Positions 47,124 to 55,865 of a stretch of DNA of 63,866 bases are shown here, in pieces (within the stretch, counting starts at the first letter, position 1; the number at the start of each line of letters is the position of its first letter). The notes beneath the pieces were generated by a model. The model saw nothing but the letters and a program-made list of their open reading frames with translations. It did no database searches and was not told the DNA's origin. The stretch lies in the IMG/VR virus record IMGVR_UViG_3300010368_000012, positions 1 through 63,866 of that record. One strand, given 5' to 3'. This stretch comes from a virus. Lineage: Duplodnaviria; Caudoviricetes. The position numbers and the translations under genes were made by a program.

Positions 47124-47717
47124 TTATTTATCCGTGGAACCTCTTAATCCTGATAATCTACCAGCACCCAACTTGATCATTGCGTCTACATACATGGTTT
47201 TAACCCAATTGGTTGAAATATCATTGTCCATTTCAAAGTATTCATCCATAAATTCCCAAGCACTATGCACATTGTCTTTGTTTAATTTGGGCAAATAGTT
47301 CTTATCCATCAGGACGGTTAAACAAGACTCTCGCGTAGTTACCTTATCAACCCCGATGCCATTATTATTGTGAAAATGAGTCCATATGAATGCTGGCCAT
47401 AAGGTTGGTGCTTTGTCTTCTGAGGAAGATTGCTCTGCGGGTCCAACATCGTGTAATGACCAAAAAACAAACGTCTCATTATTATTGGTTCGCATTATTG
47501 CAGGTCCATCATAACGATGATATTGACTTAACCACATATAGAAATATCCATCCTTGGTCAGTATAGCCGGTCCATCTTCTCTATGAGTAGCACCCTGCTT
47601 ATAATATTGTTCACGAACTATTTCACCATTGGTATCATACCAAATAGAAGCAGGCTTGCCGGTTCGGTGTTCTTCACCATGTTTATTAAAGTAATGTTCA
47701 GAATAGGCTATAGTCAT
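47124..47717 (-). CDS. HRxDGPA-repeat protein with WTHFH...GVD domain
   Basis: Three repeats; paralogue of 47714 and 46100. Confidence 0.8.
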   Translation of the reverse strand: MTIAYSEHYFNKHGEEHRTGKPASIWYDTNGEIVREQYYKQGATHREDGPAILTKDGYFYMWLSQYHRYDGPAIMRTNNNETFVFWSLHDVGPAEQSSSEDKAPTLWPAFIWTHFHNNNGIGVDKVTTRESCLTVLMDKNYLPKLNKDNVHSAWEFMDEYFEMDNDISTNWVKTMYVDAMIKLGAGRLSGLRGSTDK

Positions 47718-48292
47718 AATGTATCTGATACTCCTAAATCACGTTTGGTGTTAATATAAGCAGTATCAACTATTAATGCTTCTACATATTCGCGTGATGC
47801 AAACATTGAATCCAACGTATCCCAAACTTCATATATCGGATGTACTTCTTCTTCAGTATAATAGCCCTTCTTGATCAATGCAGCTAAACAAGTTTCACGG
47901 GTCATCTTACCATCAACCCCAATATCATTCATGTTATGGAAATGAGTCCATACCACTGCTAACCAATTGATAGGTGGTTTTTTAATTCTTGAAGATATAC
48001 GAAAATACGCAATATCATACAATGTCCAAAAAGTTTGGTGACCACTGGGTGTTGAATTATATGGACCATCATAACGATGACGCTGACCTAACCAATAATA
48101 ATAAGTTACGTCATCACTATCAAGTATCCCAGTTTCAATTACAGCTGGTCCATCGGTTCGGTGAAGTATACCGTCCTTGTGGTAAACTCGTTCAATTATA
48201 TCGTCATTCTTGTCATATACAATTTTGGCAGGACCATCACTACGATGTTTCCTGCCTTCTTTGTTGAAATATTGGACCGTATAACCAAGCAT
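47714..48292 (-). CDS. HRxDGPA-repeat protein with WTHFH...GVD domain
   Basis: Three repeats; TATAAATA 4 nt upstream. Confidence 0.8.
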   Translation of the reverse strand: MLGYTVQYFNKEGRKHRSDGPAKIVYDKNDDIIERVYHKDGILHRTDGPAVIETGILDSDDVTYYYWLGQRHRYDGPYNSTPSGHQTFWTLYDIAYFRISSRIKKPPINWLAVVWTHFHNMNDIGVDGKMTRETCLAALIKKGYYTEEEVHPIYEVWDTLDSMFASREYVEALIVDTAYINTKRDLGVSDTL

Positions 48293-48296
48293 CGGT

Positions 48297-48304
48297 TATT
48301 TATA
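48297..48304 (-). promoter_or_regulatory. T4-type late promoter TATAAATA heading the repeat-protein cluster
   Basis: TATTTATA on + strand. Confidence 0.7.
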
Positions 48305-48650
48305 GGTTATGTAATTTCCGTTTGGCCACATTGATACAATCGATCACCTTGTCCAAAGATGCTTGCGGCGACCCATGAACCGGATAAGCTTCAACAAAGC
48401 GCGTGAGTAGGCTCTGTGCGTCTGCAATGATGTCTTCAACGGACTTCTCGTTCTTGATTACACGTTCAATCCAGAGTTCACGAGAGTCTTCGAACATTGG
48501 AGAGTTCCATGTCTGCCAATTGACAGCAGAATCATCAAAAGCTTTGGCGACAAAATAGCCTAACTGTTTCTCAACACCATTGACTTTAATCATGCTCGGC
48601 CATCTATCAGAACCGATTAATACAATATTGTCTTTCATGATCATCTCCAA
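48300..48650 (-). CDS. hypothetical protein
   Basis: Open frame; GGAG RBS suggests the start is at MKDNIV. Confidence 0.7.
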   Translation of the reverse strand: MEMIMKDNIVLIGSDRWPSMIKVNGVEKQLGYFVAKAFDDSAVNWQTWNSPMFEDSRELWIERVIKNEKSVEDIIADAQSLLTRFVEAYPVHGSPQASLDKVIDCINVAKRKLHNL

Positions 48651-48663
48651 AGCTATCAGGTAA

Positions 48664-49068
48664 TTATACCGTAGCTTGGTAATGTTTCAGATGAAAGGCT
48701 TTTATAATAGGTGAAAGTTTTTTCTCAAAGTTGTCATAATATTCATCAGACTTTCTTTTTGAAACGAAAAAACAAATCGAATAATAACAATTATCTAACA
48801 CTTCGACATATATCCAATAATTATTTGATGGAAAATTTGGACCGGTCGTAGAAAACCAAGAAAACGAATCGTCGCGTTTATGAAATGCTACATTCTTCAT
48901 TATCTCATTTGGAAGCATATAATGTGGACCGACATCGGTTTGTGCTAGAGAGTGATCATACCATCTATCTACATTGGCCGAGTGCACTTCTTTGTATAGT
49001 TTATCACTCAGCTCTGCATAACGGACATTAAGGGATTGATAGTGTTGATCACAGATAGAACTAAGCAT
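48664..49068 (-). CDS. MxDxxxxxH array paralogue
   Basis: MLSSICDQH start; VLDNCYY hairpin; IIKAFH C-helix. Confidence 0.75.
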   Translation of the reverse strand: MLSSICDQHYQSLNVRYAELSDKLYKEVHSANVDRWYDHSLAQTDVGPHYMLPNEIMKNVAFHKRDDSFSWFSTTGPNFPSNNYWIYVEVLDNCYYSICFFVSKRKSDEYYDNFEKKLSPIIKAFHLKHYQATV

Positions 49069-49366
49069 CAATCTGTCCTTTATACTTTCTCCGTACTCTG
49101 TCAATTATCTTGGATATTGGTGCTCTCAATTTATTATCAACACCCTCTTGTGATATAATTGCAAACAATATATTGTCTCTCAAGATTAATAATGGTTGCC
49201 TATAGATGCACATTACCGAAAACTTAGATACGACCTTGCTATTATACATAACCATACGGGTTATACTACGATCTACATCCACTAACGAATTCTCAATTTC
49301 ATCAGTCATGTTAAGGTGAATCTGTTCTATTTTGGTTTGGTGTTCCGCAATCATTTGATCAATCAT
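49061..49366 (-). CDS. MxDxxxxxH array paralogue
   Basis: MIDQMIAEH start; 8-nt overlap. Confidence 0.75.
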   Translation of the reverse strand: MIDQMIAEHQTKIEQIHLNMTDEIENSLVDVDRSITRMVMYNSKVVSKFSVMCIYRQPLLILRDNILFAIISQEGVDNKLRAPISKIIDRVRRKYKGQIDA

Positions 49367-49778
49367 CTTGGCCTCGCGTATCGTAAAAGCGTTTGTGAGC
49401 CTCATCAACTATTGTAATAAGGGTTTGGGCCAGTCGATCATATCGATCATACTTTGATCCACCAAGGTCATTATTGACCGGGTTACCATATCGAATAATA
49501 TAAATAAGATGATCCCGTTTGGCAACGAACCACCAATCAATTCCATTTCTATCATTGGTGGTTAACCAGTTTTCACGATTGCCATCCGCATGTAGATCAA
49601 TAATAGGAGGAACAACCCACCAGTCTGGTATCTCATCATGCGCAAGAAGGCCAATTTCAGGTGCAAACCTATAGACAGTATCTGGCATACTAGGTACATG
49701 CGTTTTTACAAATTGAACCCACTTGGATATGTGATAAGCAATTTGATCATCATGATCTTGTAACATAGCATCAATCAT
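49359..49778 (-). CDS. MxDxxxxxH array paralogue
   Basis: MIDAMLQDH start; IVDEAHKRFY end. Confidence 0.75.
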   Translation of the reverse strand: MIDAMLQDHDDQIAYHISKWVQFVKTHVPSMPDTVYRFAPEIGLLAHDEIPDWWVVPPIIDLHADGNRENWLTTNDRNGIDWWFVAKRDHLIYIIRYGNPVNNDLGGSKYDRYDRLAQTLITIVDEAHKRFYDTRGQDD

Positions 49779-50190
49779 GGTGTGCCCAACCATAAGCCTG
49801 ATGGTATCCTTTATGAACCTCGATAATCAATTCCTTGATACGATTGATCATCTCGGTTCTTGAAATACTATACTTTAGAATATGCTCATATGCAACCTTG
49901 TAATATACCCCATCATGAACCATGTGTATTATAGTTTTGTTACCTTCGGAATCAATTGTACCATTGCCACCATTCATACATTCATACAATAGCGCGGCAT
50001 TACCAGAATCATTACCAGAGAATGGGGTTATCCATACGCCGGGGAAAGATTCATAATACGATCCTTTGTGGGTATGTTGCTCTCTCAATGTCACCATCAT
50101 TTCACGCAAACATTTTTTCAATAATCTACGTGCATCTGTATAAACCAAACGTACATCATCTATATGTTGATCCATCATTGCATCAAACAT
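49771..50190 (-). CDS. MxDxxxxxH array paralogue
   Basis: MFDAMMDQH start; VHDGVYY; IIEVHKGY. Confidence 0.75.
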   Translation of the reverse strand: MFDAMMDQHIDDVRLVYTDARRLLKKCLREMMVTLREQHTHKGSYYESFPGVWITPFSGNDSGNAALLYECMNGGNGTIDSEGNKTIIHMVHDGVYYKVAYEHILKYSISRTEMINRIKELIIEVHKGYHQAYGWAHHD

Positions 50191-50611
50191 CACAGTGATT
50201 CTTTTTATGGTATTCAATGATGTGCTTACATATCATCCGGGTATGTTCGCGTGCCGGTTCAGGAATGGTATAAGGATGATCATATCGAACATGATAGCAT
50301 ATACCATCAATCATCAAATAGATTGCAAGCTCTTTTGCGAAAACCTGAATAGACCCTGTGTGTCCTTCAATGTCTCGTCTGTTACTGAATACATTATACA
50401 ATGATCTTACATAATCACCATGTTGTACTGATGGTTTTATTTGCACTATTGGTAAAGTGCTCATTATCCGATCACCGACCGCGCGCCAGCTATAAGTGGC
50501 ATCAGCGTCCGATGATGACAGTCTTGTGATTAACAATTGTAATTGAGCAGAACTATCCAGATATTTTTGTTCTACCATTTTAAGATGGTGATCAAGCATT
50601 AAGGAAATCAT
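50183..50611 (-). CDS. MxDxxxxxH array paralogue
   Basis: MISLMLDHH start; MIDGICY; IIEYHKK. Confidence 0.75.
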   Translation of the reverse strand: MISLMLDHHLKMVEQKYLDSSAQLQLLITRLSSSDADATYSWRAVGDRIMSTLPIVQIKPSVQHGDYVRSLYNVFSNRRDIEGHTGSIQVFAKELAIYLMIDGICYHVRYDHPYTIPEPAREHTRMICKHIIEYHKKNHCDV

Positions 50612-51077
50612 AATACATCTCCTTTTGAATAAGATCAATCCGAGTTGCAATAATTGTAGCCAAATTGCATAACATAACATCCAATGGCATTACTCCTAAG
50701 TTCAATTCAATAACCACATGATATCTCAGACCCTCCAATTCAAAGACGAAATTTAATCTACAACGATTATTCAAAATTCCAATACTACCATCAAACCCAT
50801 CTAATGAATAACGCCGTTCCCCTTGAGTTCGCATAAACAGGTGATAATACGGAGGCGGCCAGAAGGGTTCATCTCTGAGCGCATGAATAGTGACGTGTTG
50901 ACTTATAATATTACTACTAACATGTTGGAAAATATCAGGTGGATATACAACAGCTGTTTCAGTCGGAGTCCACCAACCATCAACGAGTAATGGTAAGGCT
51001 TGATAAATCTTCTTTGTGATGTCTCTGTAACGTTCACGCAATACCTCAGAATGTTCGTCAATGAGTTGATTAATCAT
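50592..51077 (-). CDS. MxDxxxxxH array paralogue
   Basis: MINQLIDEH start; ELEGLRY; close relative of 51070. Confidence 0.75.
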   Translation of the reverse strand: MINQLIDEHSEVLRERYRDITKKIYQALPLLVDGWWTPTETAVVYPPDIFQHVSSNIISQHVTIHALRDEPFWPPPYYHLFMRTQGERRYSLDGFDGSIGILNNRCRLNFVFELEGLRYHVVIELNLGVMPLDVMLCNLATIIATRIDLIQKEMYYDFLNA

Positions 51078-51525
51078 AGTAAGAAAACTCTCGCACCATC
51101 TGATCAACTCGTTTAGTGATATCCATACCCAAATCGTACCAGCTTTCACCTAAATCCAAATTGTGATTAAGATCGATATTAATACGCAGACCATCTACGT
51201 TCATTCGTATTATTAGGTTCTTTGCGTCTGTTAATGCAATAATCCCTTGGAAATCGTGAAGGTTCTTCACAATTGATTCTGGGTCATGATAATAACATAA
51301 TGGGTGCGGTTCATTCCTAAGTGCCGTCACATAGGTAGTATGACATATTCTATATCTCTGAGGGGTGATATCTAACCAACCGCGAAATGAAGGGATATAA
51401 ATGATGGGGTCACCGCCCCACCATTTATCTATTACTCTTGGTACATCCCGTTTGATAATACCACGCAATTGATCATAACGGTTATTCAGTTTGGTAATAT
51501 GTGATTCAATCAATTGATCAATCAT
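51070..51525 (-). CDS. MxDxxxxxH array paralogue
   Basis: MIDQLIESH start; NVDGLRI. Confidence 0.75.
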   Translation of the reverse strand: MIDQLIESHITKLNNRYDQLRGIIKRDVPRVIDKWWGGDPIIYIPSFRGWLDITPQRYRICHTTYVTALRNEPHPLCYYHDPESIVKNLHDFQGIIALTDAKNLIIRMNVDGLRINIDLNHNLDLGESWYDLGMDITKRVDQMVREFSYYD

Positions 51526-51794
51526 GAGAACGAGCGTTCGCTTCGCCGTGTTAGAATCGCTTTATCAATAATCGTTTTAATCTCTTCCAGAGCGTCGATT
51601 GGATTATTGTTAGGATAGGTGGCTAAAACGTCACCAAGCTTCTGGTTGGCCTTCAGTAAGCTTTGTAGAGATGTTTCTTCAGGATAGTAGATAGCTTCTG
51701 CGATCTGACTAAAATGTGGGGATTCTTTCAACGGACATGCGTTCTCGCAAGCTGTCCAATCCGGTTGGGCTTGTTTGCACTTGGGGCACTTCAT
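51522..51794 (-). CDS. unrelated Cys-rich (Zn-finger-like) protein inserted in the array
   Basis: GGAG RBS before MKCPKC...C...CP. Confidence 0.65.
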   Translation of the reverse strand: MKCPKCKQAQPDWTACENACPLKESPHFSQIAEAIYYPEETSLQSLLKANQKLGDVLATYPNNNPIDALEEIKTIIDKAILTRRSERSFS

Positions 51795-52167
51795 CACAGA
51801 CTCCATCAGGGTTTGCGGATTGATCGAGAATACCTTTTTCAATCATACACAGTTTATCAAACCGATCAATAAAATAGTCACGATTTTCAGGTGACATGCA
51901 ATCAGGCGTTCTGATTGAAAAGGTTAAACCACGATGGATCACATAGATTTGAAGATACCGTTTCGCTACATCAGTGAAATGATAAATTGAACGATCATCG
52001 TGTTTAATCGTAATAGTGGCGGCTCTCATATTAGCACGATTGAATTCACCATTGAACACCTTGACGTGCTTAGAATGCAAACCAATAGCTTCTTCAAGGC
52101 GACCCGTTGAATGCATCAATGCTTCGCCTCTAGCTGCCTTGTGTCCTGCAATCATTTCTTTAATCAT
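51709..52167 (-). CDS. MxDxxxxxH array paralogue
   Basis: MIKEMIAGH start; IHRGLTF; tail runs into the next gene. Confidence 0.7.
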   Translation of the reverse strand: MIKEMIAGHKAARGEALMHSTGRLEEAIGLHSKHVKVFNGEFNRANMRAATITIKHDDRSIYHFTDVAKRYLQIYVIHRGLTFSIRTPDCMSPENRDYFIDRFDKLCMIEKGILDQSANPDGVCDEVPQVQTSPTGLDSLRERMSVERIPTF

Positions 52168-52354
52168 GTCATCACAACCGCTTTATATTTTTTCAAATAT
52201 TCTTTAGCATACTCAGTGTAATCAATCAACCATTCAGTAAAATCATCGATATCACCTTTAGTATCATATTTGAACCTGATACCTTTATGACGAAGCCAGA
52301 TAGAGGGGGATTGTCGCTCCCAATAATACCAAACTTGGCTATAGCATCATACAT
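52164..52354 (-). pseudogene. internally deleted, frameshifted array paralogue
   Basis: MYDAIAK start, then in another frame ...IWLRHKGIRFKY...FTEWLIDY...VVMT*; length 191 nt is not a multiple of 3. Confidence 0.7.
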
Positions 52355-52736
52355 GTTGTGTTCTCGATGTTTCAAATTCTTCTAACCAGTTAATGAACGC
52401 GGTTAAAATGTTTTCTTCAGATTCTATGAAGTCGAATTGATGTAATTTGATTGCACGTCCTTTATACATCGCCATATAATATGTAGGCATACGATTAGGT
52501 GATTTCTCACCGTATTCTTTCATAAAAGATTTACCACCAAACTCAACAGTGGTACTTACATAATCTGGCATAATCACCTTAGACAATATACGTCTGAGTG
52601 TGACATCATGAACGGGAACATGTTGTAGTAAAACCTCAACACCATCAATGGTTATAACCGAACCAAACTCTTCCACTTCGAGTCGAAATGTCTCAAAACA
52701 CTTTTTTAGATGATCATCAATAATGGTTTTCAACAT
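52347..52736 (-). CDS. MxDxxxxxH array paralogue
   Basis: MLKTIIDDH start; MYKGRAI; AFINWL. Confidence 0.75.
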   Translation of the reverse strand: MLKTIIDDHLKKCFETFRLEVEEFGSVITIDGVEVLLQHVPVHDVTLRRILSKVIMPDYVSTTVEFGGKSFMKEYGEKSPNRMPTYYMAMYKGRAIKLHQFDFIESEENILTAFINWLEEFETSRTQHV

Positions 52737-53071
52737 GGTATGTTACCTGTATGTTCTAATATCCAATCAACCATAACATTATAGGCTTCTTCATTGGTTG
52801 CAATTGATAATGGAATGAGTAACCAATAACCAACACCCTTGTATGTGGCTTCATAATATTTGGGTGCCATACCAACAGCCTTGGAGAACTGTACGCCTCT
52901 TATTAGTGGCCCACGAAGGTTGGGATTCCAATTTAATGCCCATCGAGCCAATCGTGATCCACTGACCACGGTAGAATATGTTCCGAGTTCGAATCTCCGG
53001 GCGGCTCGAATATGTGCTACAACGGTCGCATTACATTCATCTTCGTGCTGTTTAATGATTGCGTCAAACAT
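52730..53071 (-). CDS. MxDxxxxxH array paralogue
   Basis: MFDAIIKQH start; TYKGVGY; MVDWIL. Confidence 0.75.
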   Translation of the reverse strand: MFDAIIKQHEDECNATVVAHIRAARRFELGTYSTVVSGSRLARWALNWNPNLRGPLIRGVQFSKAVGMAPKYYEATYKGVGYWLLIPLSIATNEEAYNVMVDWILEHTGNIPC

Positions 53072-53152
53072 GGTTTTTGATTATCCAGTCAACGAATGCA
53101 GGTATGGTGCTAGGTTCTGATCTAAATGATATTGAATCATCTCATTTATCAT
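53064..53152 (-). pseudogene. array paralogue reduced to its N- and C-terminal motifs
   Basis: MINEMIQYHLDQN... joined out of frame to ...PAFVDWIIKNHV*. Confidence 0.7.
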
Positions 53153-53483
53153 TTGCTTTAACCCAGTCGATGCACCCATCAATCATGGTGTCTACAGTAG
53201 CAGCACGACCAGCTACATGAAACTCATATAATCGCCCTCTATACCATAACCGAAATCGTAGAATACCGGCATTGCCGTATTTGTCGTGTAATCGGGATAG
53301 GTAGCCACCTTGTTCAATTAGAACGCCGTTGTGTTCTGTGGGCCAATCCGGTTTAACTAAACAACGAAGACGATCAATATCAACATAACTATCATTGAAG
53401 GTTAACCCGGTATTATTGCGCCATGATTTGGTTACAAAATTATGACACATTTTGTCATGTTGTTTTATAATATCGCTAAACAT
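53142..53483 (-). CDS. MxDxxxxxH array paralogue
   Basis: MFSDIIKQH start; WYRGRLY; CIDWVK. Confidence 0.75.
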   Translation of the reverse strand: MFSDIIKQHDKMCHNFVTKSWRNNTGLTFNDSYVDIDRLRCLVKPDWPTEHNGVLIEQGGYLSRLHDKYGNAGILRFRLWYRGRLYEFHVAGRAATVDTMIDGCIDWVKANDK

Positions 53484-53913
53484 CGTTCCACATTTTTCTA
53501 TGCAGTTTCATTGCTCGCTGTGAAAACAATCCGGGTAAGCGGCGCTCGTTGTCTCTTTCTTCTGCTCTAAAATATCCAGTATATAACAAACCTTCTATAG
53601 TAAGACTGACATAAAATCTATATATCATTTTATTAGAAAATCCGCTAATCCGTTTCGTCACCGAGATAGATACAACACCATCACGTGTGTTGATCGTTTG
53701 GTAATCTGGAACTCTTTCACCAAATGAATCATATACATGTTTGATACTATCGTGTGGTAACCCCGGATCACGTTCGATTCGTATCTTCGTCGAACGCATT
53801 GAATTTCTTGCTTCAAACGTAGTTGATTCAAAGTGATCCTCCATCTTTGCGGCAATAGATCGCAACCGCGCGTTACTGTCGTCAATATGAGCATCAATCA
53901 TACTACGAATCAT
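53476..53913 (-). CDS. MxDxxxxxH array paralogue
   Basis: MIRSMIDAH start; TIEGLLY. Confidence 0.75.
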   Translation of the reverse strand: MIRSMIDAHIDDSNARLRSIAAKMEDHFESTTFEARNSMRSTKIRIERDPGLPHDSIKHVYDSFGERVPDYQTINTRDGVVSISVTKRISGFSNKMIYRFYVSLTIEGLLYTGYFRAEERDNERRLPGLFSQRAMKLHRKMWNDV

Positions 53914-54310
53914 AACACCTACGTGCCTCTATCACTGCTTGCTCTAATGTATCTATCGGTTTTGTGTAGGGTGCTGGCGGCATTTGCTTGGCAAAGAGTC
54001 TACCACGCGTTATCATTTCCATATCATTGTGCTTGATACAAAACACAATGCACGACTTTCTATAACGATCTTCGGGGATGTAATTATAATATATCACAAA
54101 CTTCGGTAGTGTGCGGTTGTGATCAAAATCCCAAACAGCGGTTTGTGGTTTAACATCGCGATCACCATAGTTGATAAATTCGCTTTTTAAGCTTAAACCA
54201 TTCAGGTAAAACTCCTGACCCAAGCTGAAACTATCACGCAATGAGTTTCGATAAGCAGTGAAACGATTGGTTAAGATAACATCAAGCATGTCATAAAAAG
54301 CATCAAACAT
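53903..54310 (-). CDS. array paralogue, MFDAFY subfamily
   Basis: MFDAFYDM start; EARRCYDS end. Confidence 0.75.
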   Translation of the reverse strand: MFDAFYDMLDVILTNRFTAYRNSLRDSFSLGQEFYLNGLSLKSEFINYGDRDVKPQTAVWDFDHNRTLPKFVIYYNYIPEDRYRKSCIVFCIKHNDMEMITRGRLFAKQMPPAPYTKPIDTLEQAVIEARRCYDS

Positions 54311-54713
54311 CATAGCACCTACGAGCTTCAATTACCACTAATTCTAATACGGATAATCCCTTATTCATCATTGTAGCGTGTGGTGGAAATTGCATTATAT
54401 AAAGTTTACCGCGTGTTAACATATTCATATCATCATGTTTGATACAGAATTCAATATACGCCTTGTTATTAAGGTCTTCGGGAATGTAATCATAATAGAT
54501 CGTGAACTTTGGTACTCTGTAACTGTAATCATAGTACTCATAATAACCCGCAGCAGTTTGTGGTGGATCATTTGGATTGTCATTGAATTCACCCGATAGC
54601 CCACTCAGGTAAAAATCTAGATCAAATTCGACCCCATCATTAAAAGACCTTATATATGCGAGGCGGCGTTTGTCACGTTTTCCGTTGAGCATGTCATAGA
54701 AGGCATCAAACAT
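54303..54713 (-). CDS. array paralogue, MFDAFY subfamily
   Basis: MFDAFYDM start; EARRCYDV end. Confidence 0.75.
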   Translation of the reverse strand: MFDAFYDMLNGKRDKRRLAYIRSFNDGVEFDLDFYLSGLSGEFNDNPNDPPQTAAGYYEYYDYSYRVPKFTIYYDYIPEDLNNKAYIEFCIKHDDMNMLTRGKLYIMQFPPHATMMNKGLSVLELVVIEARRCYDV

Positions 54714-55119
54714 CATAACATCTTCGGGCTTCAAGTGTGGCTAATTCTAAGATATCGATACCACGCGAAAAAGTCTGTTCACCATATTCGATCAACATCG
54801 TCATGGTTCCGGTTGTAGCCCGATTAGTATCTACCTCTTTGATGAAGAAATCAATGGCTTTGATATTATGCGTGGTGATGTGGTGTGTTTCGTAATAGAT
54901 AACCGCACCATCTATCTCTCGTTTATGAGGATAAAGCTTACCGTTTAAATATCGGCGCTCGGGGGCAAAACTTATGGACCTGCCTCCCCAGAATGTGTGA
55001 TTAAAATCACGCAAACTTGTTGAAAGGTTGCTCCGTATCTCTGCCTTGAACACATCTTGAAACAGTTTGATTCGTCTGTCTGTATCAAAGACTTTCATTT
55101 CATAGAAGGCATCAAACAT
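54706..55119 (-). CDS. array paralogue, MFDAFY subfamily
   Basis: MFDAFYEM start; EARRCYDV end. Confidence 0.75.
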   Translation of the reverse strand: MFDAFYEMKVFDTDRRIKLFQDVFKAEIRSNLSTSLRDFNHTFWGGRSISFAPERRYLNGKLYPHKREIDGAVIYYETHHITTHNIKAIDFFIKEVDTNRATTGTMTMLIEYGEQTFSRGIDILELATLEARRCYDV

Positions 55120-55528
55120 TATCGTAACACTTTCGTGCTTCGTTCATAGCCTCTGTCAGTACGTCAAGAAGGCGTGACTCCACTGAGATACCCATAACAC
55201 CATCAGCCATGGCGATGCGTCCTGTTGTCACCATAGCACTATCACACTGGGTAATGAAGAATGATAGCATATATGGATGACCTTCACGCCAATCCGCCAC
55301 ATTATAATAGATCACAGCGTCTTTGATCTTTCGCTGTTTTTTGTAATTTTGGCTTAATAGAAAACTGAAGCTTCCATCGGCGTCGATGAGTGCAATACGT
55401 TCCTTGTATTCGACAGAACTCACAGTGACACTATAATTGAATTTGATAACATCACGGAAACCGTAGATATAATTCCGGCGTCTAGTTTCTGTCTCTCTAA
55501 ATTTCATTTCATAGAAAGCATTAAACAT
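55112..55528 (-). CDS. array paralogue, MFDAFY subfamily
   Basis: MFNAFYEM start; EARKCYDNV end. Confidence 0.75.
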   Translation of the reverse strand: MFNAFYEMKFRETETRRRNYIYGFRDVIKFNYSVTVSSVEYKERIALIDADGSFSFLLSQNYKKQRKIKDAVIYYNVADWREGHPYMLSFFITQCDSAMVTTGRIAMADGVMGISVESRLLDVLTEAMNEARKCYDNV

Positions 55529-55865
55529 AATCATCAACCGATTTAATAATAGTATCGAGATACGGTATTATAAGTGTTTCTTCATCCTCGTGGCTATTTG
55601 AGAAAAATGACATACTGAATTGAAAATTATTATACCAGACTCTGATACGAATCAAAGTGTCCAACTTATTACTCGATATATAAAACAATCCCTTGTATTC
55701 ATCCGCCACATATGCATCCGATGCTGTGAATTCACATGAGGTCACCATTACGCCGGATACTTGGTTATTAACATCACAAAGCTTAACGCGAATGACATCT
55801 CTAACGTATACCATGGTTCTCTCGTGAACGATCCCGTGGTGATTATGTATCATATCATTGATCAT
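55521..55865 (-). CDS. MxDxxxxxH array paralogue
   Basis: MINDMIHNH start; LDTIIKSVDDY end. Confidence 0.75.
   Translation of the reverse strand: MINDMIHNHHGIVHERTMVYVRDVIRVKLCDVNNQVSGVMVTSCEFTASDAYVADEYKGLFYISSNKLDTLIRIRVWYNNFQFSMSFFSNSHEDEETLIIPYLDTIIKSVDDYV

Noticed and set aside
38461-55528. CRISPR array or integron attC array
   Set aside because: The repeats are coding, degenerate, hundreds of bases apart and not palindromic; no cas or integrase gene is visible
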